64,000 nucleotides of DNA from Octopus sinensis. Lineage: Eukaryota. The notes under the pieces are model-generated. The model did not search any database. It saw only the letters and a list, made by a program, of their open reading frames with translations, and was not told the DNA's origin. The stretch covers positions 73,594,001 through 73,658,000 of the forward strand of contig NC_043007.1 of the NCBI RefSeq assembly GCF_006345805.1, written 5' to 3'. Of this stretch, positions 50,470 through 64,000 are shown piece by piece. Numbering within the stretch: position 1 is the first letter of the stretch; the number at the start of each line of letters is the position of its first letter. The translations under genes were made by a program, and so were the position numbers.

Positions 50470-53228
50470 CCCGAAAGGAGCTTTCATGTAAGCTCTTTTT
50501 TGTGCCATGCACCCCCAAAGTGGGTGGGGGGCAAGATTCTTTGTTATTGTGAATTAACTATTTGTGTGTATTGGAGTACTGTTTGTGTGGATTACGTGTA
50601 CTTTGGATTTTTTTATGTTTCTCATTCAGGAAGGTAAGGCAAAAAACTTTTTTTGTGCAATTGAAACTTTTTTTCAAGCCGTTGTAGGTTTTTTTCTTGT
50701 GCCACGCCCCGTAAAGGGGGGGTAGAGATCTGAACTAATTTGGTGAACAATTTACAAACCTGTTTTTTGTGCATCTATAATTCTGACCGAGCTTGTCAGT
50801 TGAAATTTTGAAAGAAAAAATTTCTAAAGAAAGCACTCTCAATGAGAGTAGTGTTAATAGCAAAAAGTTTTCTGATGTTGCCGCTGTGGAAACGAAGACC
50901 ATTGTGTTGAACAATGAAGATTTGAAAGAATATTTTTCCAGGATGAAGGAGGAAGACGGGTATATCAAGTTAACACCCAGGTTCGATACTGAAGAAATAG
51001 AGAAGAGAACTGTGGTTTTCAGATCCTTCTGTATGGAAGGAAGACATTTTAAACATTTCAAAAAAAATGTTATTGAGAAATGCCTCGCTCCTGTGTGGAA
51101 TGATATTACTCATATTGCAAGGGGCGAGGTTTTTGCAACCATTGAAGTCCATTTCAAGACGGAAAAGTTGGCACAGGAGTATTAGCTTAGCCCCTTGAAT
51201 ACGAAGGAGGTGGCGCTTCTGCTGTCTTACAGGGGAAGACATACTTCTCGTATGAGGGTGACAGAGTTGCCGCTGGAAATAGACCCTCGGGAGGTGATGG
51301 CTGCCCTGTTGTACAACAGGACAGACAAAATACAATTCTTCCAGATTTCATGCTCTGCCTCCCAATACTGGACAGGGCAGTATTGGGCCATCATCCAAGG
51401 GGCACCAGAAGACATTGAAAACCTTCTGGACCAGTTACGTGTGGGTGAAAAAGTTACCCCCCGAGTTCAAGCGGAGGGTAAAAAGGTTACATGCTTTGAA
51501 TGTGGAAAAAAAGGCCACATTCGAAGTGATTGTGAAATAAAAAAGAACAAAGAGGAAGAAAAGAAGAAAAAAGAGAAAAAACTGTTACAGACACCAAACC
51601 CACACATACACCAGCCCCCCACAAAAACAAATGCTCCTACTCCCCCTGTTGTGGTGCCCCCCCCACCCAAAGTAATGAAAACCCCCAACATACACAAAGC
51701 CCCACATTAAGAACCCCCCCCCCCTGTCCACCTGATTTCTGAGGCACCTTTTGTTTCAAACATAATGTCCCCAGACGACACCATGGAGTTGTCTGAAAGG
51801 GAATTCATGACAATTCGCAAACATTCACCTGGAGAGGCAAGCTTATGAGATCCAATAACGTCGTAGGGCATTGGACAGAAGGTCTTGTTAAGCTGTTTGG
51901 GGTCTGGTTTGGACCAGACCTCCGGAGAGAGAAAAATTGGAGTGAGGTAGCCAGTAAAGTGACTGCTCGAACCCAGACTTGGTCTCGGCGGGCATTATCC
52001 TTGCTAGGGAAGGCTGAGGTGGTGTAGATGTTTATAGCATCTGTTATCACCTACCGTCTGACTGTGGTGCCTTGCTCTAATTTGTGGCTGTACAAGTTGG
52101 AGAGAAACCTTTTCTGCTTTCTGTGGAAAGGAGGAAAGCCTCTTGTGAAGCGCTCTGTCTGCTGCCAGAAGCCATTAAAGGGTGGGCTAGGGATGCCTTG
52201 GCTGAGGATGCGAAAATTCGTGTTAAGGCTGAGGCACCTCTGGCTTTACCTGAATGGAGAACAGGTGTGGTCACTGCACGTCCAGTTCTACCTTCTGAGG
52301 TTAACGTCCTTAACAGACATTGGCACATGGATCAAGCAGAGACCTAAACTGGGGGAAAGGCATGTGGAGTGCCGTCAGGCACTTCAGCTACTCTCTTGGG
52401 TGGGCAGTGCCAGCAACAGCAGTTCCACTGTGGATTTTTATAGCGGGTTAGTGGGATTCATGTCTGAAGATGCCTTGGGGGAGAACCTGGGCTACGATGA
52501 AAATCAGTTGATCAACCTGTTCAGGAGAACATTTGGGCTGGGGTATCTGGATAATTATCAGAAATCCTTGGCTTGGCAGTGCTTCCATGCGGTGTTAAGG
52601 CATGGAAGTGCCGTCTTGCCATCATGTCCAAGGTGCAGGTAGGACAGGGAAACCCTCTTGCACGCATTCGTGGGATGTCCGGAATTATCAGAATTGATAG
52701 CTTTCACAGAACAACAGTTGTCATTGATAGGAAGAGTACACTTATCAGCTGAGTCAGTCATCGAGATTGTGCCACCTTCTTCCCTTAATGGGGAAAGTAA
52801 GGCCTGGTTTTACTGTGTGGTAGCCATTTTAAAAGAAACGGTATGGAAGACACATGTGAAAGGTATTGTGACAGTTACCTTTGTATCTGGCCAGGGGTTG
52901 GTCAGCTTTTTTAGTTACCAACTCAGCAGCAAGATCAGGCTGGAGAAGCAGTACCTGTCATGTGAGAAAGTCGAGAAGATATGGCAGCCTGTGGTGAGAA
53001 AGCTAGGAATGATTGGCACCAAGTAAATGGGACCCTGGAAGAAAAGCAAAGGCCCTACCCTGATGTTGGACACCTTTTCTTCAGTGTCACATTGCATAAC
53101 GCAATGTATTTTATTTTTAATTTTTTACCCCTTTCGTTAACAACGCTTTAAACTACTTCATTCTATGTTTGTCTGTCCTTATTTGTCCCCTCTGTATTAT
53201 GCCTACATGGCATATTTATTGAAATAAA
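50470..53228 (+). mobile_element. Tx1/L1-clade non-LTR retrotransposon, internally deleted (ORF1 plus C-terminal part of ORF2)
   Basis: ORF1 50793-51710 in one frame with one stop, CCHC knuckle CFECGKKGHIRSDC and Lys/Pro-rich tail. ORF2 remnant 51845-53026 in one frame with two stops: LFGVWFGPD...NWSEV...WSRRALSLLGKAEV, KGGLGMP, CPRCR...ETLLHAFVGC. APE and RT core are missing. Confidence 0.85.
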
Positions 53229-53562
53229 GTGGCTTGCTTACCAACCACATGGTTCTGGGTTCATTCCCACTGCGTGGCACCTTCTACTATATCCTCAGGC
53301 CAACCAAAGCATTGTGAGTGGATTTGATAGACGGAAACTGAAAGAAGCCCGTCGTATATATGTGTGTGTCTGTGTTTGTACCCCCAACATCGCTTGACAA
53401 CCGATGGTGGTGTGTTTACGTCCCCGTAACTTAGCAGTCTGGCAAAAGATACTGATACAATAAGTACTAGGCTGTCAAATAATAAGTCTGGGGTTGATTG
53501 GCTTGACTAAAGGCAGTACCCCAGCATGGCCATGGTCAAATGACTGAAACAAGTAATAGAGC

Positions 53563-53817
53563 ATATATATGTATGTATATGTACATATGTGTGTACGTAT
53601 GCAGGCGTACATACGTATGTGCATGTACATAGATATGCATGCATATGTATATTTATGTATGTACATGTACATATGTATATTTATGTATGTATATGTTTAT
53701 GTATATTTATGTGTGTATATGTATGTACATATGTTTATGTGTATAAATGTATATATGCATAAATACATATAATTATGTATATATATATGTGTATGTATAT
53801 ATGTATGTATATTTGTT

Positions 53818-53866
<49 letters not shown>

Positions 53867-54082
53867 GTATATATGTATATATACCTGTATATATATATAC
53901 ATATATGTATATATGTGTGTATGTATATATATATATATATATATGTAGATGTATATATATGTCTGTGTATATATATATATATATGTATAAGAAAGACTAA
54001 CTTGGAAATGGATGTGTGGCATTCAATGATATAATAATAATATATATACATGTATGCATATGTACATTCATTTATATATATA

Positions 54083-54150
<68 letters not shown>
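53563..54150. repeat. Compound (TA)n/(TATG)n microsatellite; representative of many tracts (15938-16042, 26118-26175, 26378-26550, 26723-26768, 27034-27079, 28296-28500, 41620-41683, 56135-56400)
   Basis: Directly visible simple repeats; source of the spurious IYIY/YLSI ORFs. Confidence 0.95.
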
Positions 54151-54153
<3 letters not shown>

Positions 54154-54751
54154 GGGGTACAGGACATTATAAAAAGCAAACATGGAATACATACTTTTTT
54201 TGCGAACAACAAAAGAAACAAATGGAAAAAAAGACAAGTAACATAAAGAACTACCCTTCATCAGTTGTCGGGTGTTTATCTACTCCACATTTCAAGCAAT
54301 TACGACATGATGTGTCTTTGAGAAAAGAGTTGCCCTGCAAAGCAAAATATAATTTGGGATTTGCAGAGGATGAAAGTTGGTACGAAAAAACATGACAGTG
54401 AAAACAAACAGTAATGGCTGCTAAACCATTATGAGCTGAGGTGGTGAATGCTGCAGGAACAAGTTTTAATGGGAGAAAAGATAGGAGAGGAGACAAGCAA
54501 GAATGCGTGTGATCTGTGTGGCAGATCAAAAGGAAAGAAAGAAGCTAAGGTTAGGAAAAGAAAGATGGCTGATGGTCATGTGTGAGCAATGAGAGAGTAA
54601 AGGAGGAAGACTGAGAAAGAGAGAGGGACAGGTAGAGAACATTGAAGGAGAAAAGAAAAGGATGAGAGAGAAAAAAAAAACGTAAGGAGGAGAAGGGGAG
54701 ATGAAAAGAACGGATGAAAGAAATAAATGAAAGGTTGAGTAGGGGAGATAA

Positions 54752-54794
<43 letters not shown>

Positions 54795-54796
<2 letters not shown>

Positions 54797-55199
54797 AAGA
54801 ATTAATAGTCAAGACTACTTAAGCATTTTATCTGATCAAATTCATCCTATGGTTGCAGAACTGTTTCTGGAGGGAATTGTAATCTTTTAGGATGATAATG
54901 CACCAATTCACACAGTTAAAGTTGTTACTGAATGTCACGAGGAACATTCTAGTGAAGTTGAACATCTTATCTGGCCATCACAGTCCCCAGATCTCAATAT
55001 TATTAAACATTTATGGTGCATTTTAGAAAAACAGGTAAGGAGTTGATATCCTCCGCCATCATCACTATAAGAACTGGACACTGTTTTAGCTGAAGAATGG
55101 GCAAAAATTCCTTTGGAAACAATTCAAACTTTGTATGAGTCCATACCTCATAGAATTCAAGTTATAATTACTGCCAAAGGCAGTCCTACACTATATTAA
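54795..55199 (+). mobile_element. Tc1-family transposase C-terminal fragment (pseudogene)
   Basis: Hand translation: YLSILSDQIHPMV...IF*DDNAPIHT...WPSQSPDLNIIKHLW...EEWAKIP...LYESIPHRIQVIITAKGSPTLY*; several stops; flanked by (TA)n. Confidence 0.85.
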
Positions 55200-55511
55200 G
55201 ATATATATATATGGAGGTGCAATGGCCCAGTGGTTAGGGCAGCAGTCTCGCGGTCTTAGGATCGCGGTTTCGATTCCCAGACTGGGCATTGCGAGTGTTT
55301 ATTGAGTGAAAACACCTAAGGCTCCACGAGGCTCTGGCAGGAGGTGGTGGTGATCCCTGGTGTACTCTTTCACCACAACCTTTCTCACTCTTACTTCTGT
55401 TGGCCTGCTTGCTTAGCCAGCGGGGTGGCATCATTGAAGGCTAAAACAATCTGAAGCACGTTGTGACCAGCGATGTGTAGCAACATCTGATGGCCTGGTC
55501 GGTCATGTGAT

Positions 55512-55545
<34 letters not shown>

Positions 55546-56039
55546 CTAGCAGAAGTGCCTGGCATTGTTCGGGGATTAATTGCTTTAAAGTACTCTTAAT
55601 GATTCTACTCAATTATGATTATTGAGGCAAAGATTGATACGGCCAACCAATCGATTTGCAACTGGATAGAAAGCCCTGCAAAGAGCTATGCAACACTCGC
55701 AGAAGCAAGTAACAAAAGAATGTGAGGTGGCCCTGAAGAGGCTGTGTTATTGTTCTCACAATTGTAACAATTTGGTAGGTAGTCCTGGAAGGGTGTGTAA
55801 AATGTTCACAGGTAAATATGGTGTCTTCGTTTTCCACCAACGGCAGTGGACTTGCAGTTACAATACTTCATGCTCTGTGAAAACAGAATAGATGCCCCAT
55901 GGAGGAAAGAGGGGGATTAATCATGGATAAGTAAATATGGGTAAGTTTGAAAATATACAACAATAGCATCTACTCAACACGTGTTGGAGCATTGAGGAAA
56001 AAATCCCCCCAGTTTTGTCCTGGACAGAATTAATAACAG

Positions 56040-56156
56040 AATTGCAAGTGAACTTCTGTTGTGGAAGGAGCTTTGGCTCGTTCTCCGCTATGTACTGCAC
56101 AAGCTCGTCAACATTTTAACAGCAAATCTGATGACAGTATATATATGTATATATTC

Positions 56157-56205
<49 letters not shown>

Positions 56206-56590
56206 TACATACAAGAATATATATGCATATGTACAAATATATACATTACATATGCATATATATATGTGTGTATATTTGTACATATGCATATATATTCGTG
56301 TATATATATAGATATATATATTTTTATATATATGCATTTATATTTGCATATATATGTGTATATATATATATGCATATATACATATATGAGTGTGTGTGTG
56401 GGGGGGGGTGCATGCATACAAATATACTGCATATAATGACCTGTAATCCTCATGCTTGCAACATCTGTGGGCTTCTTTGCAAATTGTTGGCAGGACTCAA
56501 ATGTCACATTCAACATAAGCATTATGACTGACAAAGAAAGAATAGATTGTCAGATCATCATATCTTGAAACCAACGAAGAGTCCATCTTA
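56040..56590 (+). mobile_element. RTE-like LINE 3' remnant split by an AT/GT microsatellite
   Basis: CNICGLLCKLLAGLKCHIQH zinc finger just before a stop, the same architecture as the 27899 ORF end. Confidence 0.5.
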
Positions 56591-58169
56591 TATGTGTTTG
56601 TGTGAGTGTGTGTATGTACATGTGTGTGTGTGTGTATAAATTTATATATGTATATATAGATACGTCACTTTTTTTAACTGATCTAAATTTTGCTTACAAC
56701 TGAAAACTGCTTGGTGCTGAGACTGGTGGATATATATGTATATACATATATAAAGTTAAGAGGACAAGAAATAAAATGAAAGCAAAGGTGAATTTCCAAT
56801 AATATCAATTTGATCTAAAAATAACATTCGCTCAAAATTTTTAATGTATTTTGTAGATTATCTCCCTCTAACTATACAACAATGTCACTTACTTATAGTT
56901 ACTGTTCTCATGTAAATATTCATCTAGATTAGTTAGCTGTTGCTATGGAAACCACTCCATCATCCTTGCCACTTTGTCCACCTTCAACCCCTTTTTCACA
57001 CTTTACCTCTTCCCCTCTTCTTTTATTTCATTTAAAACTGTTCTTTCTTAGTCTCTCCACGACCGCCCTTTTACAGCAATAAATCTGTTGCTTTCATCAT
57101 ACTCATCTTCTGGTCTCTCACCTTGTCATCTCCTCTTGTGCTGATGTCATGAAAAAATTACCTAGGCAGAAGTCCAGGCAAGGTTGTTTGTGGGAGACCA
57201 GCAGTCGCCCATGCATACCAGCCTCTTCTTTCCATGTCACCGATGTTATCCAAAGGAAAGGCAAAGGCCAATACAGCTTAGTATCAGTGACATCGCAACT
57301 CATTTCTATAGATAAGTGAACTGGCGCAATGTGAAATAATGTGTCTTGCTCAAGAACACAATGCACTGCCTGGTCTGGGAATCGAACTCACAACTTTATG
57401 ATTGTAAGCTTGATGTCCTAACCACTGAGCCACAACTCTAATATAAGGCTGTTAGATGCTCATATTTCCAGGTTGATGGAAGAATCCACCATATATATAT
57501 ATATGTATCATCATCGTCGTCGTCGTTTAACATCCGCTTTCCATGCTAGCATGGGTTGGATGATTTGACTGAGGGCTGGTGAACCAGATGGCTGCACCAG
57601 GCTCCAATCTTGATCTGGCAGAGTTTCTACAGCTGGATGCCCTTCCTAATGCCAACCACTCCGAGTGTATGTATATATATATAGATTGGGATAAGGTAAC
57701 CTGGTGGGTAGTGCTTGAGCACTCATTTCTGATCCAAGTTGTGGCTAACCACATTGAGAGGTAAGAAGCACTGAGGATTACGTGAGGCAGGCAATCCCAA
57801 TATATCTTATCCAATGGGTTAATCAGTTTTTGTAGTCGTATCGGGTTTCCAAATTTTCCTCTCATACTCTTTGCACTGAAAAAGTATAGTTACCTACCAA
57901 GTATAATGTTAGTTAAACCGAAATATCTTTAGTTCGCTTCAGACCATGTCAGTGGCAGGACCTTGAATAAAGTTGCATAGACTAATAACCAGAGGAATGT
58001 AACTGAGTGCAACTGCAATTTGCAAGATGACTATGTAGCAGAAACATCCATTGGACACATTTAAATTAAATCTCTCTATATAAAGCTGAAGTTGTATGTG
58101 TATGGCAGGTTTAGTAGCCTTCAACTAACACTATTTCCTCCAAGACCCTGCAGCACAAGTTGACCAAAA

Positions 58170-58460
58170 TTGAGAGTATAATAGAAGAAGGCTTGCTCTT
58201 CCTTGCGTAGAAGGAAAAATTCAAATCAGACCATGTTAACACCAAAAATTATTTACATCCAAAAGGTGCTTTTTTTCTATGAAAATACCTATTTTTTACG
58301 ATTTTTTTACTGCTGTGTCGCCATTTTTTGGTGTATTTCAACCAGAAAATTGTTCACTTAAAGAGAATAACAAGCTACATAATGCAAAATTTTCTTTTCA
58401 AAAATTCCAATTCTAAAGGGTCGAAACAAACCCAAGCAATGCCGGGTGATACTGGTAGTA
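58170..58460 (+). mobile_element. Non-autonomous Helitron-like 3' end (related inverted end at 55546-55575)
   Basis: CCCAAGCAATGCCGGG hairpin-like motif followed by ...GGTAGT. Reverse-strand counterpart ACTAGCAGAAGTGCCTGGCATTGTTCGGG at 55546. Confidence 0.45.
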
Positions 58461-58864
58461 TACTATATAAGTGATTGTAGAAATAAAAAGAAAAATGTGA
58501 ATGTATTAATCTCCATATTCATTGTAATTGTCATATATATATATAAAACATTTTAAGCAAAGTTGTGCTCTTAATGTGTACATGGGATCCTAACATGTTG
58601 AAGGTACATATGTTTGCAACTGCAAGCAGTCCTCATGGCAACAGTTGTAGTTTGCAGAAGATGCTAATAGTATGATGAAGATGGGAATTTCCCTTCAGTG
58701 GGATGGATTACACCTCCTTCGTCTGCCTCATAACTAATGTCTCAAACTACCAATCTAAAGCACTTTAATTACCATATTTGTCAGTGTAGACACATATTTT
58801 ACAAGTATATTTTAGGGAAAAAGGAATTCAATATGTTTCAGCGTATACTTATTGAAAAGTATCT

Positions 58865-59298
58865 TAGCCCCTATAACATTTAAACTGGTCATATCTGCCC
58901 AAAAGAATCTACCTGTTTTATTTTCAAACTGGCTAGATTCAGCCTTTCTCACTTACCTTACAATATTATTCCAAAAATACACAAACATACTACTGAAATC
59001 TCAAAGCTACAAAGTAATGCATGACTAATTCATATTGATGTGAATAAATAAGCTTTACATTTGACTAAGTAATCTGAATGCTAAAGGGTTAAACCAGCTG
59101 TATCCAGTTCAAATATTCTACCTCTTGTATGTTCAGACTGGCCAGATCCAGCCTTTCACACATACCTTACAATAATATTCTAAAAATAAACAGTTAAATC
59201 AAAATCTTGCTGCTACAAGATAATGCATGATTAATTAGAAACAATCTGAATGAATAAGCATTATATTTAGGTGAGTGATCTGAATGATAAAAGGTTAA
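58865..59298. repeat. Tandem copies of a MITE-like repeat ending AATGCTAAAGGGTTAA (also about 12880-13087; similar termini at 17370-17570)
   Basis: Two adjacent roughly 200-bp units similar to each other and to 12880-13087. TTAACCCTTT/AAAGGGTTAA termini are reminiscent of piggyBac-type ends. Confidence 0.5.
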
Positions 59299-60334
59299 AA
59301 TAGTTTTGTTTGGAAAACTGTATGATTCTATACAAGAAAATACAATGCTGTGGCAGCATGCTGGAACGTTGTATGAAACCATAAATTTATCATAAATAAA
59401 CCACTTTATATGAGTATTGTATTTCAACCTTATCTTGTTTCAGACCAACTGTGTAATTGTTCATATTTTGGTCGAGTGAATTACCATATAAGATGTAAAA
59501 CTTGTATTTCTGGCTGTGATGTTTCACGTAACTGCAATCAGCCATTAATGTGGTATACTATTGTTACAGCTTTCTTGATAACTACTCATTGTTAAGTAGA
59601 TGAGAGATGGATGAAAGTTTGTCAACATTCTTTTCATCTTTTTTAGGAGAATGTTTCATTTAGGAAATTAAAAAAAAATGATTTTGTAAAAGTAACAGAA
59701 CTATTGAATAATGTAAGACATATCTCAGGTGCAGGTTGTGTTTGATGAGGAAGGAGGTATAAAAAGATGATATGACCTCCCTACATAATTCCTGATGTAA
59801 CATAAGCAATTTTTCATAAGTTTGTGTTAACAGACTGTGATATTTTGGCTTGTTCTCAGTATTTTATTATTAGTCACAGTTATTGTGCCAAGTGGGTTTA
59901 TGTTAAGCCAGCTCCCTTGTTTGCAAATTTGTAATATGGCCAGATTAGTTGCAGGGCAATTTTTTGATACATTAGCAAATAAAAAAAAAGCGTGCATTGT
60001 ACACCAACAAATATATCACTTTGGAAGCTTTATTTTAGACGACTACATCAATTATTAGGACATTCAGTGTCAAGTCAAGTGAATATTTTCCAGTTTAACC
60101 AAACTGACAGTTATAATGTTTATAGAAAGTTGGCTGTTATGTCTGCAGTGAGTTAGGCTCCACTAAAGGCACATAGTTATCAGTGTTACCACTTGGAAGA
60201 GCTAAAAGGCAGTGCTACACAAAGTGGTGGTCCGTGGACTGGTGCTGGTCTGTGAGCCATCAGCGGCCGGTTCGCAACAAATTTCCAGGAAAGAAAGAAA
60301 CATTACAAAATGCTTATGTAATATTGTCTTTTTT

Positions 60335-60730
60335 GGCTGTGTGGTAAGTAGCTTGCTAACCAGCCACATGGTTCCGGGTTCAGTCCCACTGCGTGGCACC
60401 TTGGGCAAGTGTCTTCTGCTATAGCCCCGGGCCGACCAATGCCTTCTGAGTGGATTTGGTAGACGGAAACTGAAAGAAGCCTGTCGTATATATGTATATA
60501 TATGTATGTGTCTGTGTTTGTCCCCCTAGCATTGCTTGACAACCGATGCTGGTGTGTTTACGTCCCCGTCACTTAGCGGTTTGGCAAAAAGAGACCGATA
60601 GAATAAGTACTGGGCTTACAAAAAGAATAAGTCTCGGGGTCGAGTTGCTCGATTAAAGGCGGTGCTCCAGCATGGCCGCAGTCAAATGACTGAAACAATT
60701 AAAATAGTAAAATAGTAAAAATAGTAAAAT
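60335..60730 (+). mobile_element. SINE family A, near full-length copy with (AAAATAGT)n tail
   Basis: High identity to 27424-27812. Other copies at about 1215-1385(-), 1560-1910(-), 1950-2110(+), 2648-3170(+), 5370-5740(+), 16460-16605(-), 38545-38810(+), 43477-43625(-), 46640-46775(-), 48520-48625(+), 53229-53560(+), 61330-61500(-). Confidence 0.85.
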
Positions 60731-63700
60731 AAATATGAGAATAAATAAAATGTCAACTTTTATTATAATCATTATATATATATTGGTTCTGGTATAAATT
60801 AATATTACTAAGAAATATTACCAGTTCCTGGCACATTGGTAAAAAAAAAAAAAAATGCCGGTATGCCACATCAGATTGTTTGAGAAGCACTGCTCTAAGG
60901 GACTTCTTCAAAATAACCTGTCAAGCTTGTGTTTTACACTCAAAGATGTTGTACAGAATGAACTGTAGAAGTAGTGAAGTAAACAGTATCTGCTATTATC
61001 TTAAATGCTTGTTGATGGCTTGCTGGGTAAGATGCTGTGTTTATAGGCTACATATAGCAACCAATGTGGAAAACAGGAAGAAGAACCATGGGAGTGAACC
61101 TCAGTTCTATGGAATCGTCATTGTTTTAATATTCACTTTCCCATGCTTGCATTTGTCAAACAGAATTCATTGAGACAGATTTTCTATGGTAGTATACCCT
61201 TCCTGACACCAACTTTCATCTGTTTCCAAGCAAGATAATATTTCCCTAAGGCTTGGCATGTTTTTATGGAATATTGGTCACTAAGGCTACTGCTTGTATG
61301 ATGCTAATACTTATACATACATACGTATGTATGTATGTATATATATATATAGTGGGGTTCTTTTAGGTTTTGTCTCACAAATCTTTAGTCGGTTTAGCGT
61401 TATAGTAGAAGCTACTTGCCTGAGGTGTCATGCAGTAGACTTGAACTCAAAACTACATGGTTTGGGAAGTGAAGCCCTTAACATCACAACCATGCCAACA
61501 ATTATTGTGTTGTAGATTATTCCTTAAGCAAGAAATGCTATTTGTGAGTTGGATAAAAACAAAATGGCCAGATACCACATTATAAAGAGGAAATATTAGA
61601 AGACTGTGCCTTCGTGTATTCTTTCAAACAACTTTCACATAAGCATCTATGTGGCTGCTTGACTGGTTAGAAATAGCACCCAGATCTCCCTCAATTCACA
61701 CATAACTGCCTTCAAAGAGGAAACCTTGACTGTCCCATCATTTTCAACTGTACATGGTATTTCTATCTAATGTAGCCCTAATGACTAAAATTGCTAGGAC
61801 ATTCAACCTTAGAGGTACTCTGACTGAATCTGGTAGGATGGTTCACCCGGGAGGTTTTATGTCTGACTGAAAATGGTATGATCAAGATTTTTGTTTTTGA
61901 CCATTGGTCTGTTTGTCCTGAAGTTAAACAACAATGACAACAGCATTCACATGCCCTTCAGGATAACAGCCTACAGTAGAAATTATTATGTACACACGCA
62001 CACCTACACACACATCACACATGCTCACTGCTATTGGTGAGGTTTTCCCTCACTCGTCCATCACCACCACTGTTACTGCTGCTATTGTTGTCATCTCTGA
62101 CATCAACTACAGCTGTACTTTAGCAACTATATAGATCTTCTAAACCAGTTCTTTTTCTGTTTTCATGCTTGTGGAAAATACTGGGTATTGATCTGTTACC
62201 ATTAGGAGCAGCAGGGGTAGTGTCTGGATAAAGAGCTCACTGACTGACTGCATCATCATTATTATTATTATTCAAACACAGCCCACTACCACTACTACAA
62301 TTACTACTACTATCACAATGCAACAGCAACAAGCTAAAATAGGTTTTGTTCCACATCAGACAATCTTTTAAGCTAATAATAACTGCTAACCTTATTACTC
62401 ACACTTCAATTATTAACCACCTGGTGTTAATATGTTTAGTAATCATTTTTGAGTAACTTTTATTACAACTTATCCCGTTTGATAGAAGCTGGGTTATTGT
62501 TATTATCTCTTAATATTTCCATATCTTTAGCTGAACTTTTTAATCCTCTTTCAGTTGTCATAATCACTTTGTTGATATCTATGGAAAATTAGTGTTCAAT
62601 GACATTAGGAAAATATGTTGTTGTCAGTTAATAAGTTCTTCCTATTGACAAAATAATTTAGGTAAGCCAGCATATTTTGTTGTGTACCTGAACATGGTGT
62701 TACACTCTCATCTGGTTTTCTGGTCAGCTACACTTCAGATGAACAAGCTGTCATACTTCTCTTTTATTCTGGGTTTAGTTTGAGTATATTTTTTATGTAT
62801 TTTATTTTATATATTGCTTTCACAGGAAATTTTATTCTTTTGTGAATTTTTATTTTTACAAGATAAATAATCTTCATTATCTATTTTCATTTCCTTTAAC
62901 GATAAAATGACTAGTTTGAGCTGAGTGTATTATAATGTTCGGTTTAAATTTAAACTATCAGTAAATAATTCACAGCTATTGTTTACAGTAACCTGGTGTA
63001 TTTTGTTTTCATTTCATTTATATTTGGAAAATTTTGATCCAGAAGAAGCAAGAAAGAGACTTGTTTCATGTTTTTAGGCATTAAAACATTCAGCTTGGTG
63101 TTTAAAATTTCACAATTTCAACTTTAAAAAAAGGAATAAGTTTGATTTGAGATTAGACAAAATCCTGATATTATTTACAAGTTTCAATATATTAAAATAT
63201 TGTATTCCAATTTTATTCCATTTTATTATTTTGCCGTTATTTCTTAATTTCCGGACTGCATTAAAAGAGTTAATGGATTTTTAAAGAAATGAGATTTGAA
63301 GCACTTAGAAATTTTTGTGATTATTTTTTTAAAACAAAACCCAATTTCCCTGTTTAACCATGGTGAAATTAAATACAAATTAAAACTTGTTATTTGCTGT
63401 GACTAGTATGAACAAACAAGATAATGAACCGGTTATCACCCAACCATAGATAAAGTGGCGGAAGTTAAATCTACTTTAATAAATTAAGTTATTGTTCTGG
63501 TTGTTTAGCTCTGTTTATCAAGATGGATTTGCGTGTAGCATTCTTCCTTTCACCTGAAACACTGTGGAGTAGCTGGGATTACTTGCTGGATGAGCAGCAG
63601 TGTTTCTGCTACTACATTTAATGACAACAACAAACATGGATGGACTGGATATTCCAACACAAACTTTCTATAGTTCTCAATGTAGAGCCGTCGTTCGTCT

Positions 63701-64000
63701 TGTTGATTAGATTCACATCAGTGATCCTGCAGCATACCTCAGTGTCCGTTATGGGGGATAACGAGGCTTCATCTATACTGTTGTCTCCTTGTCAGTGAGT
63801 ATCTCGTTATTTCATGATCGTTATTATTATTCATTTATTGACATGAATATTTCATAAAGCTGTTTATAAATAGCAGTCCCAGATTGATTTGTATTGTATA
63901 CTCAGCATTTCATCATTGGGGTAAATTGGATATTGCCTTCTATATGTATATACATACATATATATACATATATATATTCGTTTATGTTCTTTTGTTCTTT

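Noticed and set aside
54250-54275. CTGATGAAGGG on the minus strand as a hammerhead
   Set aside because: No matching GAAA or stem III within reach; at best a truncated terminal-repeat fragment.
59430-63820. Candidate second LNX coding exon (acceptors at about 59443 and others; short ORF near 63637)
   Set aside because: Phase-2 continuation hits stops immediately, and no LLDKL...CP-like sequence was found.

Overview
AT-rich, repeat-dense animal genomic DNA; the SINE/LINE families and (TA)n load resemble octopus (inference from pattern recognition, not a search). There are two host genes in divergent orientation. On the minus strand are coding exons 1-6 of glycogen synthase (ATG at 24985, all GT-AG, phases consistent, gene continues past position 1). 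On the plus strand is the first coding exon (Zn-RING) of an LNX1/LNX2-like E3 ligase (45685-45974), with a probable promoter and non-coding first exon near 41.8-41.9 kb. The rest is mobile-element debris: two back-to-back Penelope-like retroelements (one with an Asn-rich insert between RT and GIY-YIG), an internally deleted Tx1/L1-type LINE, RTE 3' ends, Academ-, hAT-, pogo-, Tc1- and Helitron-type remnants, at least three tRNA-derived SINE families, and microsatellites. Most notable: several minimal hammerhead-ribozyme motifs, some inside long inverted repeats; an orphan 5.8S rRNA-like copy abutting a SINE in glycogen synthase intron 1; a SINE 3' tail matching the Tx1-like LINE 3' end; and a tandemly duplicated splice acceptor upstream of the LNX RING exon. 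I found no intact novel multi-gene system.
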